Below are positions 35,650 to 48,838 of a stretch of DNA of 64,000 bases, in pieces (the first letter of the stretch is position 1; the number at the start of each line of letters is the position of its first letter). The position numbers and the translations under genes were made by a program. Origin of the DNA: Macrostomum lignano (lineage: Eukaryota); NCBI GenBank assembly GCA_002269645.1, contig NIVC01003327.1, positions 1 through 64,000 of the forward strand, written 5' to 3'. The notes under the pieces were generated by a model. The model worked only from the letters and a program-made list of their open reading frames with translations. It searched no databases and was not told the DNA's origin.

Positions 35650-36392
35650 AAGGACATTTGGCCGTTGTAAAGTTTCGCAGTTGTGAAAGTAGATGACATT
35701 TAGCGGTTGTGAAAATAGACGACATTTAGCGGTTGTGAAAGTAGACGACATTTAGCGGTTGTGAAAGTAGATGACATTTAGCGGTTGTGAAAGTAGATGA
35801 CATTTAGCGGTTGTGAAAGTAGATAACATTTAGCGGTTGTGAAAGTAGATGACATTTAGCGGTTGTGAAAGTAGACGACATTTAGCGGTTGTGAAAGTAG
35901 ACGACATTTAGCGGTTGTGAAAGTAGATGACATTTAGCGGTTGTGAAAGTAGACGACATTTAGCGGTTGTGAAAGTAGATAACATTTAGCGGTTGTGAAA
36001 GTAGATGACATTTAGCGGTTGTGAAAGTAGATGACATTTAGCGGTTGTGAAAGTAGATGACATTTAGCGGTTGTGAAAGTAGATGACATTTAGCGGTTGT
36101 GAAAGTAGATAACATTTAGCGGTTGTGAAAGTAGACGACATTTAGCGGTTGTGAAAGTTAGATAACATTTAGCGCGTTGTGAAAGTAGACGACATTTAGC
36201 GGTTGTGAAGTTTCGCGGTTGTGAAATTTAGCGCTTATGAAAGTAGGTGATTTAGCGGTTGTGAAGTTTCGCGGTTGTGAAGTTTCGCGTTTATGAAAGT
36301 GACTGCAAAAAAGTTAGCGGTTGTGAAGTTTCGCGTTTATGAAAGCAAGTGCTTTTAGCGGTTATGAAATTTCGCGTTTGTGAAACCCACCC
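35650..36392 (-). repeat. right arm tandem array of the Mutator element
   Basis: Reverse complement of the 28250-29175 array. Confidence 0.9.
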
Positions 36393-36602
36393 CACTTGTC
36401 TGAATATTAAATATGAATAATATATTTTCACAGTGACCGGTTCGTGTGTTTCAACTTCCGGAATTTTCATTTGGTTTTCAACTTGAAGAAAACAATTACT
36501 TTTACAAAATTCAGTAAAACAAAAAAGGTTAGAGTTTGGTTTAGGGACACAGCAGCGTCTGACTCTCGCGCCACTCATAAAATTGGCTCCCGCCGAGGTC
36601 TG

Positions 36603-36788
36603 CCCGCGGGGTTTTTCCTGTCGGAATTCCAAGTCAAATCCAATTGGATTTGAAATCTAATCTAGTCTAGTTTTTAATCTACTCCAGTTTATGTCTAGTC
36701 TAGCCTAGTCTATTCTAGTTCTAGTCTAGTCCAGCATTGTCTATAGACTGGATTTGACTTGAAATTCCTACCGGAAAACCCCTGCGGG
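36603..36788. mobile_element. MITE-like element
   Basis: About 40-bp imperfect terminal inverted repeats CCCGCGGGGTTTTTCC..AAGTCAAATCCA around a (TCTAG)n core. Confidence 0.6.
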
Positions 36789-37165
36789 TGCTCGCAAGTG
36801 AGAGCTTATTAATTTTTATTTAAGCCTCAAAGAGTAACTTCTTGCTTAGTTTAACGAAAGGTTGATATATAATCTTTCGCATTCGAGATGCTTCCCTTGT
36901 TAAATTTTCATTTGGATGGTAACACATTCAAAGTAGGATATGGGAACTTCAGTATCAGTTCAGGACTATAAGCTGATGAAATATATAATCTAGAAACGTT
37001 TTGACCACTTGACTTTGAATTTGACAGAAACTCTAAGTGGATTCGTGTACTACCCGTGTAAAAAGAAGTGTGTGGCATACCGGTGTGAAGATTTTGTATC
37101 ATTTTTTAATATTTGTTTTCTGGTTTTCACCGCTGAGCTACGAACTCTCTAGATCAGGAAAATAC

Positions 37166-38474
37166 TAGGCATTCCAATCCCGGGATTTAGCCTCAAAACA
37201 CGGGATTTCAATCCCGGGATTTTTTGGGACTTGAAATTTCGGGATTTATGATCCTCGGGATTACAACAGTGCGGGATTGGGATCCCGGGATTTAGCCTCA
37301 AGGGATTTCAATTACTTGAATCCCTCTGGGTGCGGGATTGGGATTTTAGCCTCAAAACATGGGATTTCAAACTGATTTCGGGATTTAATTCTTACAACAG
37401 TTTTCCCGGGATTGTAAGGCTTAAAATATTCATGTAAAATTTGAAAAAAAAGATTCTACTTTAAAAATTATTTCGTAGAGGATACTTCTGTCTATTCAAA
37501 TCCCACTGCTGTTACCAAGTTGTCGTAGGTGTACTTAAATTATTCCTTGAATTATCCTACTGATGCCACCTAGTTGTGGTAAATTTATAATATCTATCAC
37601 TCTAGTGTACGACTTCAGTCATTTATTATTCCTAGGAAAACACTAAGTCCAGAATCTTAGTCTAAGGACTCCTTGAAATTATGCAAGTAGTCCTGGTAGC
37701 AGTGTCGAGCGGCAAACACTGATCTAATGCATTAATTTCTACTCCTAATTTCCAGTCATAGAGCGGCTACCCTGGGAAGGAGTTGCCCAACTAAGCGACC
37801 GTTGGTTTGCTTCTTTCTTACTGGCTTCTCACAGCTTATTCTTCTGGCTTCTTACAGCTTCTCTCTCCTTTCTGCTTTCCAAGTGAACTGAGCCAACACG
37901 ATTTGCTTTCTTAACCGAATCGGAGAATCGGCGGGCGGAGAAAAAGTTGCCCGAAAACGCTTGTATTTATAGGTTCTACTAGGGGAGAATGGGTGCGCGG
38001 GTTTGTGAATAACAAATTTCTTTTATCAATTTAAACAAATAATTTCCCTAAATATAAAATCATTCGTTAAAACAAATACATCATTTAAACAAAAATTCGT
38101 AGTTAAGCAAATTATTTGGCGTAGGTTTAAAATAGAATATACGTTTAAACTCAATTATGAAATAATACAACTACAGCCTGCATTTCTGTATCGAAATCAC
38201 ACATAAAAGCAGCAAAATTTGTTAGATCAGTTTGTTAAGCAGAAATTTAATTTTTTTTTCGTTTTCGTAAGGTGTAATTTAATTTCACATGTTCGTCAGT
38301 TGCGTGATGTCTAACACTGTAACGTGGCATTAAACATGACATTCACTTTGATAATTTACATTGATACTGCATTAGCTAGCTATATTAGTGATCCCAGGAT
38401 TTTAAACCATCGGGATTTCAGGATTTCTCAATCCCGGGATTTCAGGATAAATTGTCGGGATTTTGGAATCCCTA
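37166..38474. mobile_element. non-autonomous hAT-like element
   Basis: TAGGCATTCC...GGAATCCCTA termini, 8-bp TSD GAAAATAC (37158-37165, 38475-38482), subterminal CGGGATTT repeats. Confidence 0.75.
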
Positions 38475-38526
38475 GAAAATACTTTCAAAGTTAGATACTG
38501 CAAATTTCACGAACGTTGCTTGATTA

Positions 38527-39148
38527 TCATCTCAGAGCGGGCAGCAGGTAGTTGCAGGCGAGGCGCACCCAGCCGGGCATGCCGTCGCCGCTGCGGCAGC
38601 CGATGCGGTTCAAAGTGACGGCGAATGACGGCGCGCCCAGCCAGAGGGCGCGGATCGGCGCCAGCAGCGCGTGCGACACGGCGTGCGGCAGGCAGTCGAT
38701 GTAGCAGGAGGCGAGAACGCCGTCAATAGCGATGCAGCCGGTCAGGGTGAACGGAGCCAGCAGGCCTTGGCGAGTGACGCCTCGCTGAACTTCGACCACC
38801 GTCTCGAGCCGCGGCTGTCGTCCAGCTTCGTCCAGCAGTTGCACGGCGAGTCCCGGCCGGATGTCGCGCGCAGGCACGGCGGACAGACGGGTCGCCCGAC
38901 CGTCGGGCTGAGCCGAGGTGAACAGCAGATGGCCGGAGCTGAGCGTCAGCTGGGCGCTCGTGGTCGACACCGTCACAAAGTCGGACGACCAAGCAGTCTC
39001 GTCACGGTGGCCCCACATGAAGACGGGCGAAAAGGCGGGCCGGCCGTCCTGCAGGCTGAGTACTGGCTGCCCCGCAGAGAGCTCGGAGAGGCGGACCCGG
39101 CCGTGCGGAGTCATCACCGTCGCGTCCAAGGGGAAGCACTTTCCTCTG
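38527..39148 (-). CDS. Hedgehog-type Hog domain exon (Hint plus sterol-recognition-like region), terminal exon
   Basis: GKCFPLDATV N-terminal Cys, LTLSSGHLLF (TxxH-like), GLLAPFTLTGCIAIDGVLASCY, HAVSHALLAPIR; acceptor TTCTCAG; no own ATG. Confidence 0.88.
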
Positions 39149-39279
39149 CTGAGAACGGTAAGTTCAAGTTTTTTTAATTTATCACATTTTCCTGCGACAG
39201 ACTACTTTTCAGTAGCAATATTGATGTAAAGAGTGCGCCTGTCGTGTTAATTGTGGCCAGCAAAAACCCCTCCGCGGAG

Positions 39280-39600
39280 GAAACCTTCCTATGGGGAAAC
39301 TTCCTGCGAGGTTACTTCCTGCGAGGTTACTTCCTGCGAGGTTACTTCCTGCGGGGTAATTTCCTGCGGGGAAACCATTTGCGATTTACTTCCTGGGAGG
39401 AAACTTCCTGCGAGGTTACTTCCTGCGAGGAAACTTCCTGCGAGGTTACTTCCTGGGAGGAAACTTCCTGCGAGGTTACTTCCTGGGAGGAAACTTCCTG
39501 CGAGGTTACTTCCTGCGAGGTTACTTCCTGCAGGGAAACTTTCTGCGGGGAAACTTCCTGCGGGGAAACTTCCTGCGGGGAAACTTCCTGCGGGGAAACT
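39280..39600. repeat. 15-18-bp tandem repeat (ACTTCCTGCGAGG) between the GIMAP and Hog exons
   Basis: Visible tandem copies. Confidence 0.85.
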
Positions 39601-39690
39601 TGTTAGTGGCTCGCACTGACATATCGGTATAAGACATACATGTATTAAAGGAAACAATAAGAAATCTCCATCGATTTACTCTATCATTAC

Positions 39691-41771
39691 CGACCCAATC
39701 TGAGCAGCCATTTCGTTAGCAACTCTGTCCATCTCTGTACTCATTGCCGCATCGCGTCTCGTTCGAAACTCTTCTCGAACTCGATCGCGCTCTCGCTCCT
39801 GCAAGTTGCGCAACCGCTCGTCCTCTTGCCGATTCAACTCCTTCGTGGCTTTCTGCAGCTCCAATTGCGCAAATACGAAATATTCGTTGGTGTAAGTCGC
39901 TCGGAAACTGGAAGACTCAGCTTCGGAATTGATTCTAGCCAAGTGATCGACACTGCACACCAGGTTGTAGACTTGCTCGGCCTGCGTTGCTGCACTGCGA
40001 TTGCGGCTGTTGTCCAGCATGGTGATTCTGTTACCGCATCTCGTTATTAAGGAATCCAGCGCGCTGAGCTGTCGACGAGCGTTCTGCACCTCCTGGTAGA
40101 AGCGCAAGTCGCTGTTATCGAACGCATCGCCGTGTGTGTATGCGATAATTGCGTACCTGTGAATAGAAATCGATTAAGACACTTTTCAAAGACCGATAGG
40201 GGGTGTAACAGGACGTAAAACTTGAAGTTGTTTCACGAGAACAATGCACAAGGCTGGCAGTGTTTCCATGGACTCGAAGACATCTCACCAAGCTGGTAGT
40301 GTTCCCCTGGACTCGGAGACATGTCACCAAGCTGGTAGTGTTCCCCTGGACTCGGAGACGTGTCACCAAGCTGGTAGTGTTCCATTGGACACGGAGACAT
40401 CTCACCAAGCTGGTAGTGTTCCCCTGGACTCGGAAACATCTCACTAAGCTGGTAGTGTTCCCCTGGACTCGGAGACATCTCACCAAGCTGGTAGTGTTCC
40501 CCTGGACTCGGAGACATGTCACTAAGCTGGTAGTGTTCCCCTGAACTCGGAGACGTGTCACCAAGCTGGTAGTGTTCCATTGGACACGGAGACATCTCAC
40601 CAAGCTGGTAGTGTTCCCCTGGACTCGGAGACGTGTCACCAAGCTGGTAGTGTTCCATTGGACACGGAGACATCTCACCAAGCTGGTAGTGTTCCCCTGG
40701 ACTCGGAGACGTGTCACCAAGCTGGTAGTGTTCCATTGGACACGGAGACATCTCACCAAGCTGGTAGTGTTCCCCTGGACTCGGAAACATCTCACTAAGC
40801 TGGTAGTGTTTCCCTGGACTCGGAGACATCTCACCAAGCTGGTAGTGTTCCCCTGGACTCGGAGACATGTCACTAAGCTGGTAGTGTTCCTCTGGACTCG
40901 GAGACATGTCACCAAGCTTTTAATGTTCCCCTGGACTCAGAAAAATCTCATCAAGCTGGTAGTGTTCCCCTCGACTCGGAAACATCTCACTAAGCTGGTA
41001 GTGTTCCCCTGGACTCGGAGACATGTCACCAAGATTTTAATGTTCCCCTGGACTCGGAAACATCTCACTAAGCTGGTAGTGTTCCCCTGGACTCGGAAAC
41101 ATCTCACTAAGCTGGTAGTGTTCCCCTGGACTCGGAAACATCTCACTAAGCTGGTAGTGTTCCCCTGGACTCGGAAACATCTCACTAAGCTGGTAGTGTT
41201 CCCCTGGACTCGGAAACATCTCACTAAGCTGGTAGTGTTTCACTGGACTCAGAAACATCTCTCGCACTGCCTATCCTCGGCGTGAAAATTTGGATGTGTT
41301 ACATTTCCGCTTTAGCCCAACTCTGTGACATTCGTGTGTAAAATTTGACTAAGCCCACAACAGTTGGCACTGGCTCACAATGACTCACTTATAGAACATC
41401 TCTCCAAACAGCTCCTCAAGCTTCTCCACAGCTTTCCGCTCTTCGTCAGTGAACTTCACGTCCAACCGCAGTGTGATCACAAATGCGTGAACTCCGCCTT
41501 CGGCAAACATAGCGATGGCGTGACAGATTTGTCTGAGGGCAGCTTCCGGGTTGCTGGTGTCCATTGTGCCGGGAGTGTCGACCACGGTTAGGTACCGACC
41601 CCTCACTAGTCTGGTCTCCTTTTTGCAGACGCTTGTTTGCGAGACCAGACTGCCCGGCTCGCTGGTTAGGAACGGTCCGGGCGTGCCTAGCAACGCGTTG
41701 CCAAGGGAACTTTTGCCGCTGCCGCTTTTACCTAGGAGCATCATCCTCAGCTCGCCGCCGGGTGGGAAGTT
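39691..41771 (-). CDS. GIMAP/AIG1-type GTPase with coiled coil; exons 41771-41389 and 40156-39691 (5' end unresolved)
   Basis: LLGKSGSGKSSLGNALLG (G1), VVDTPG (G3), FTDEERKAV, YAIIAYTHGD (G4), RCGNR..DN, YTNEYF, coiled coil; phase-2 GT-AG junction verified. Confidence 0.9.
40250..41265. repeat. 39-bp minisatellite in a GIMAP intron
   Basis: CAAGCTGGTAGTGTTCCCCTGGACTCGGAGACATGTCAC, about 26 copies. Confidence 0.95.
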
Positions 41772-43142
41772 CTGCGTGTTTTTTAGGGAGAAAAGTAAGA
41801 TCTGTATTGATTGTTTAACCTGTTAGAATGTAAGACGTGTATTGATTGTTTCACCTGTTGTAATATAAGCACTGTTTTCACTGAAAATCAGTGCCTTTAT
41901 AATAATTCCAAAAGTTACCTGAGATCCTGCGTCCATTGCTTGCGAGCCTTTTTTGAGCCAGAAACCAAAAAACGGCAGTTAAAGCTGGAGGACTTTAGTC
42001 CCTGTCTCACAGTTTATACCTGTAGAGCACCTACTGCTAAACTGTAAATGAAAAGAGTACAACAATAAGGTACTTCTTGAGCACAGAAGAGCCATTCGTC
42101 TATTGATGCTACTTTCAATACAAGAGCTCAGAATTTTTTGAGCACAAAATCTAACCCTGTCCCATTGTCTCATTCTTTCTTTCTGCCCAGAGGTGTACGG
42201 GGGTCCTGGGTTGCCTTTTCTTCAGAGATAACTACAATGTTGCTGGTGTCTTGGATGGCAATTAGGGCTAACTTGAAGAATTCAAGCATTGCATGCACAT
42301 TGTTAGTTAGGTCTTGGAAAAAATAATGCGCAGCAGGGTCTCTGCGGGTATTCTGGGCCTCAGGTCATCTGGGCCTCAGGTCCTCTGGGCCTCAGGTCCT
42401 CTGGGCCTCAGTTCGCAGCTTTGAGCGGCATTATACTCAAGCAGAAAATGGTTAACACCAAGCCGTCATCAAATATTCGATACTCGTATATCAACGGAAT
42501 CTTTGTGTCTGCATGCAGTTTTGCAGTTTCCAAAAAGTGTGACACTTCTCTCCGCGGTTTGCGAACCCCTGCAATAAAATTCATTCCTCAATTCCATTGA
42601 GCACTTGCCGAACGGAGGCACTGCGAGTAGTTCGGGATGATGATAAAGGATGACTGCAGGCTGCAAGAGCATATCCCCAATAACCCCCCCCCATACCTGT
42701 TTAATCCGAGGCGATAAAACTTTATTGCGGAATTGCTATTGACTGCGTCACGCACACTGGCCCCAGATTCCTGCCACCGACAGGCAGCGCAGGAGGCTGG
42801 CAAACAACAATTTTTCGGGATTAAGGATCTCCATCAGTAGCGGTCTAGGCGGTCCCCTACACAGTTAGTTGTCTGGTCCGTGCCGTGTTTTTTTATTTTT
42901 CATTTCGAAGTATCGGCAGAATAATTATCAAGTTTGCATGCCGGGGCCGATTGCGTGTCGCTATGGCGAATTCTGTTGAACTGTACACGGCGACTGCAGA
43001 CAGAGTGGCATCGAGACAGGAAGAGCAGATCACGGACGTTGACAAGGGGAGGGGTTGGATCTTTAATTCTTTAATTGATTGTTTTCTAGCTTTGCTGTTT
43101 ATGACATTTTTTTCATCTGCTCTCATTCTGTTGGCCTGATCT

Positions 43143-44790
43143 TCTATCCCACTCTTCTTCTACCCACTCTCCCTCTACCCACTCTCCCTCTACCCACTCT
43201 CCCTCTACCCACTCTCCCTCTACCCACTCTCCCTCTACCCACTCTCTCTCTACCCACTCTCCCTCTACCCACTCTCCCTCTACCCACTCTCCCTCTACCC
43301 ACTCTCCCTCTACCCACTCTCCCTCTACCCACTCTCCCTCTACCAACTCTCCCTCTACCCACTCTCCCTCTACCCACTCTCCCTCTACCCACTCTCCCTC
43401 TACCCACTCTCCCTCTACCCACTCTCCCTCTACCCACTCTCCCTCTACCCACTCTCCCTCTACCCACTCTCGATCTACCCACTCTCCCTCTACCCACTCT
43501 CCCTCTACCCACTCTCCCTCTACCCACTCTCCCTCTACCCACTCTCTCTCTACCCACTCTCCCTCTACCCACTCTCCCTCTACCCACTCTCCCTCTACCC
43601 ACTCTCTCTCTACCCACTCTCCCTCTACCCACTCTCCCTCTACCCACTCTCCCTCTACCCACTCTCCCTCTACCCACTCTCGATCTACCCACTCTCCCTC
43701 TACCCACTCTCCCTCTACCCACTCTCCCTCTACCCACTCTCCCTCTACCCACTCTCCCTCTACCCACTCTCCCTCTACCCACTCTCCCTCTACCCACTCT
43801 CCCTCTACCCACTCTCCCTCTACCCACTCTCGATCTACTCACTCTCCCTCTACCCACTCTCCCTCTACCCACTCTCCCTCTACCCACTCTCTCTCTACCC
43901 ACTCTCCCTCTACCCACTCTCCCTCTACCCACTCTCCCTCTACCCACTCTCCCTCTACCCACTCTCCCTCTACCCACTCTCCCTCTACCCACTCTCCCTC
44001 TACCCACTCTCCCTCTACCCACTCTCGATCTACCCACTCTCCCTCTACCCACTCTCCCTCTACCCACTCTCCCTCTACCCACTCTCTCTCTACCCACTCT
44101 CCCTCTACCCACTCTCCCTCTACCCACTCTCCCTCTACCCACTCTCCCTCTACCCACTCTCCCTCTCCCCACTCTCCCTCCACCCACTCTTCCTCTACCC
44201 ACTCTTCCTCTACCCACTCTCCCTCCACCTACTCTCCCTCTACCCACTCTCCCTCTACCCACTCTCCCTCTACCCACTCTTCCTCTACCCACTCTCCCTC
44301 TACCCACTCTCCCTCTACCCACTCTTCCTCTACCCACTCTTCCTCTACCCACTCTTCCTCTACCCACTCTCCCTCTACCCACTCTCCCTCTACCCACTCT
44401 CCCTCTACCCACTCTCCCTCTACCCACTCTCCCTCTCCCCACTCTCCCTCCACCCACTCTTCCTCTACCCACTCTTCCTCTACCCACTCTCCCTCCACCT
44501 ACTCTCCCTCTACCCACTCTCCCTCTACCCACTCTCCCTCTACCCACTCTTCCTCTACCCACTCTCCCTCTACCCACTCTCCCTCTACCCACTCTCCCTC
44601 TACCCACTCTTCCTCTACCCACTCTTTCTCTACCCACTCTCCCTCTACCCACTCTTCCTCTACCCACTCTCCCTCTACCCACTCTCCCTCTACCCACTCT
44701 CCTCTACCCACTCTTCCTCTACCCACTCTCCTCTACCCACTCTCCCTCTACCCACTCTCCCTCTACCCACTCTCTCTCTACCCTACACTC
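43143..44790. repeat. 15-bp minisatellite CTACCCACTCTCCCT
   Basis: About 110 copies; pyrimidine-rich plus strand. Confidence 0.95.
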
Positions 44791-45192
44791 CCTCTATATC
44801 CACTGTATCTCTCCTTCACTCCTCTCATTCGCGTCAAAATTATCTAATTAAAAGGAAGATTTGAGTTCATTTCCTAAAAAAATATTTAGCAGTTGGTGAA
44901 AGCATCAAAATGTCACGACTCGCTGCTGCACCAGCCGGCACACTCGCTGTCACATTCGCTTCTTTGCCTCCTCTACCCACCCGCCTATACTCAATGAGTA
45001 GTTATTTAACTTGGAAAAGATCCCTGTTGAAATTTGTCATTAGTGCAAGCTTTTCAATAAAAAAATGATAAATTATTTTACTCAAACAAAATTGTCTCAA
45101 CAAAATAATGCTCGTACGTACATAACAACTGTGGTTTATTAGAAATATCATTGACATTGCAGTAGTACGAGTCACAGTTGGTTGGTTGGTCG

Positions 45193-45620
<428 letters not shown>

Positions 45621-46284
45621 CAGTTAGTTAGATAGTTGGAGGCGTTACCGTTGAGATACTCGGGCCAGCTCGAAGTGTCATGCTCTGCCCCCGTGCCACA
45701 AACCCGGTAAAAGGAGATATATTGGTTATTCCAGCCCGCTAATACAGTGCGACCCGCAGACAAGCTGGTTAGCAAAGATCAACACCAGGGGCAGCATGAC
45801 CCCCCCTCACGGGGCCAGCCGAGAGACAGATAGAAGTATGCCGGAGCAGTTTTAAGCGCTGCTGCAAGGAACGTGACAATTCCTTGATGCCTGAGCAAAA
45901 ATGCCGGGACAGAGTTCCCCTCACTTGTTTGCTGAGCGAGTAATCAAAAAAACCACGCGACTGAGGCCTCATCCTCCAGCATTGCCGCTGCTGTAAAAAA
46001 TGAGCTCAAGGCACAGGCAAATATGCACGAGTGTCAGTTTGTGGGATTCCGCTGGTTTTCGCGATCTTGGTTTGGCCTGTCAGGTGAAGATTCTGATCTG
46101 GGACAGTTGCTGCTGGGAAAGATCGGTGCCTGCCACTGCCACCTCTGCTGACCTGTTGAGCTCATGAGCACGAATTGCTGAGCTGGGGGGCAAGTGCGAT
46201 AAAATAAATAGATGGAAGTACGGGGATAGATTGACTGAAATAGAGGCACCAAGGCAACGGCATAGAAAGACACTCGGACAGACA

Positions 46285-46860
<576 letters not shown>

Positions 46861-47344
46861 CTTAGACAGACCAGCCTGAACCGGCAACATCAGAGTTCTT
46901 CCCCCGAGCAACCTCTGTTTGCACAGGGAGCGCACAGGCGTCGCCACGAGCAGGCCGTGTGGCCGGTGCGGCCGCCAAAAGTGGATGATGGAGAACCAAC
47001 CGCCCAACTGATGCGATATCGAAATTTGAAACCTGAGAGTCAAGAGGAGCGCGGTGTGCTTGGGCTGGTGGCTGGCGCCCCCTCCCACGATCTCAGGATC
47101 AGGTTTCACTTTTAGTATAAGCGACTATCGAGCTGCAGTTCAATGTAAAGGCTTGCGAGGAATTCAGAAAGATTGAAACGGATCAACAGTAAGAGTTTGC
47201 ATGAACGAGTTATCTTCAAATTTTTGTTATAATAATCTTTGTTTAACTTATCTACTCAATTTTTATTGGCACACGTGTGAGGTGTTTGGTTGGCTATTCA
47301 TATGCAGAAGTTGAGAGTATGTTAAATGAACCTGCGTCACTTCT

Positions 47345-48605
47345 CATCTGAGTAGAGTGCCATTTATAATTTGAGTAGAGTGCCATTTCTAATCTGAGTA
47401 GAGTGCCATTTCTAATTTGAGTAGAGTGCCACTTCTAATCTGAGTAGAGTGCCATTTATAATTTGAGTAGAGTGCCATTTCTAATCTGAGTAGAGTGCCA
47501 TTTCTAATCTGAGTAGAGTGCCATTTATAATTTGAGTAGAGTGCCATTTCTAATTTGAGTAGAGTGCCATTTATAATTTGAGTAGAGTGCCATTTATAAT
47601 TTGAGTAGAGTGCCATTTCTAATTTGAGTAGAGTGCCATTTCTAATTTGAGTAGAGTGCCATTTCTAATCTGAGTAGAGTGCCGTTTATAATTTGAGTAG
47701 AGTGCCATTTCTAATTTGAGTAGAGTGCCATTTCCAATCTGAGTAGAGTGCCATTTCTAATTTGAGTAGAGTGCCATTTATAATTTGAGTAGAGTGCCAT
47801 TTATCATTTGAGTAGAGTGCCATTTCCAATCTGAGTAGAGTGCCATTTCTAATTTGAGTAGAGTGCCATTTCTAATTTGAGTAGAGTGCCATTTCTAATT
47901 TGAGTAGAGTGCCATTTCTAATTTGAGTAGAGTGCCATTTCTAATTTGAGTAGAGTGCCATTTATAATTTGAGTAGAGTGCCATTTAATTTGAGTAGAGT
48001 GCCATTTCCAATTTGAGTAGAGTGCCATCTCTCATTTGAGTAGAGTGCCATTTCCAATCTGAGTAGAGTGCCATTTCTAATTTGAGTAGAGTGCCATTTC
48101 TAATTTGAGTAGAGTGCCATTTCTAATTTGAGTAGAGTGCCATTTCTAATTTGAGTAGAGTGCCATTTCTAATTTGAGTAGAGTGCCATTTCTAATTTGA
48201 GTAGAGTGCCATTTCTAATTTGAGTAGAGTGCCATTTATAATTTGAGTAGAGTGCCATTTCTAATTTGAGTAGAGTGCCATTTCTAATCTGAGTAGAGTG
48301 CCATTTCTAATTTGAGTAGAGTGCCATTTATAATTTGAGTAGAGTGCCATTTCTAATTTGAGTAGAGTGCCATTTATAATTTGAGTAGAGTGCCATTTCT
48401 AATTTGAGTAGAGTGCCATTTCTAATTTGAGTAAAGTGCCATTTCCAATCTGAGTAGAGTGCCATTTCTAATTTGAGTAGAGTGCCATTTCTAATTTGAG
48501 TAAAGTGCCATTTCCAATCTGAGTAGAGTGCCATTTCTAATTTGAGTAGAGTGCCATTTCCAATCTGAGTAGAGTGCCATTTTTAATCTGAGTAGAGTGC
48601 CATTC
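47345..48605. repeat. 23-bp minisatellite TGAGTAGAGTGCCATTTCTAATT
   Basis: About 54 copies. Confidence 0.95.
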
Positions 48606-48838
48606 CTAATGACACTCTTATCCATGAGTGCATATATATTTGTGAGAAAGAGTGTAAAGACCATCATATTGAATTTATTTGTCATTCCTTGAATTCGCTA
48701 ATTCGGTATATAGTACAAAGCCACAGGTGAGAATACAGTGTGCAGTGTGTTTAACGATCCACAACAAGTATAACTAACTAAGCATCATCAATATATATTA
48801 GTTTGTTTAGATTTTTCACCACCTAAGAATGTAAACAA

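Larger units (their letters stand above)
28250..36392. mobile_element. Mutator-like (Phantom/foldback-type) DNA transposon, 8.1 kb
   Basis: GGGT..TTTCACAAACGCG termini, 8-bp TSD CACTTGTC (28242-28249, 36393-36400), inverted arms built from 26-bp tandem repeats, internal MULE transposase. Confidence 0.9.

Noticed and set aside
39289-39657. FPAGS/NLAGS repeat ORF as a linker exon between GIMAP and Hog
   Set aside because: Derived from an intronic tandem repeat; no donor in a phase compatible with the good Hog acceptor.
43079-44851. Long ORFs PTLPL / GRGRV and similar ORFs over the other arrays (40115-41285, 46034-47109, 51906-52392, 53172-54275, 54669-55430, 59177-59866)
   Set aside because: Stop-free only because of simple repeats; no domain, start context or splice support.
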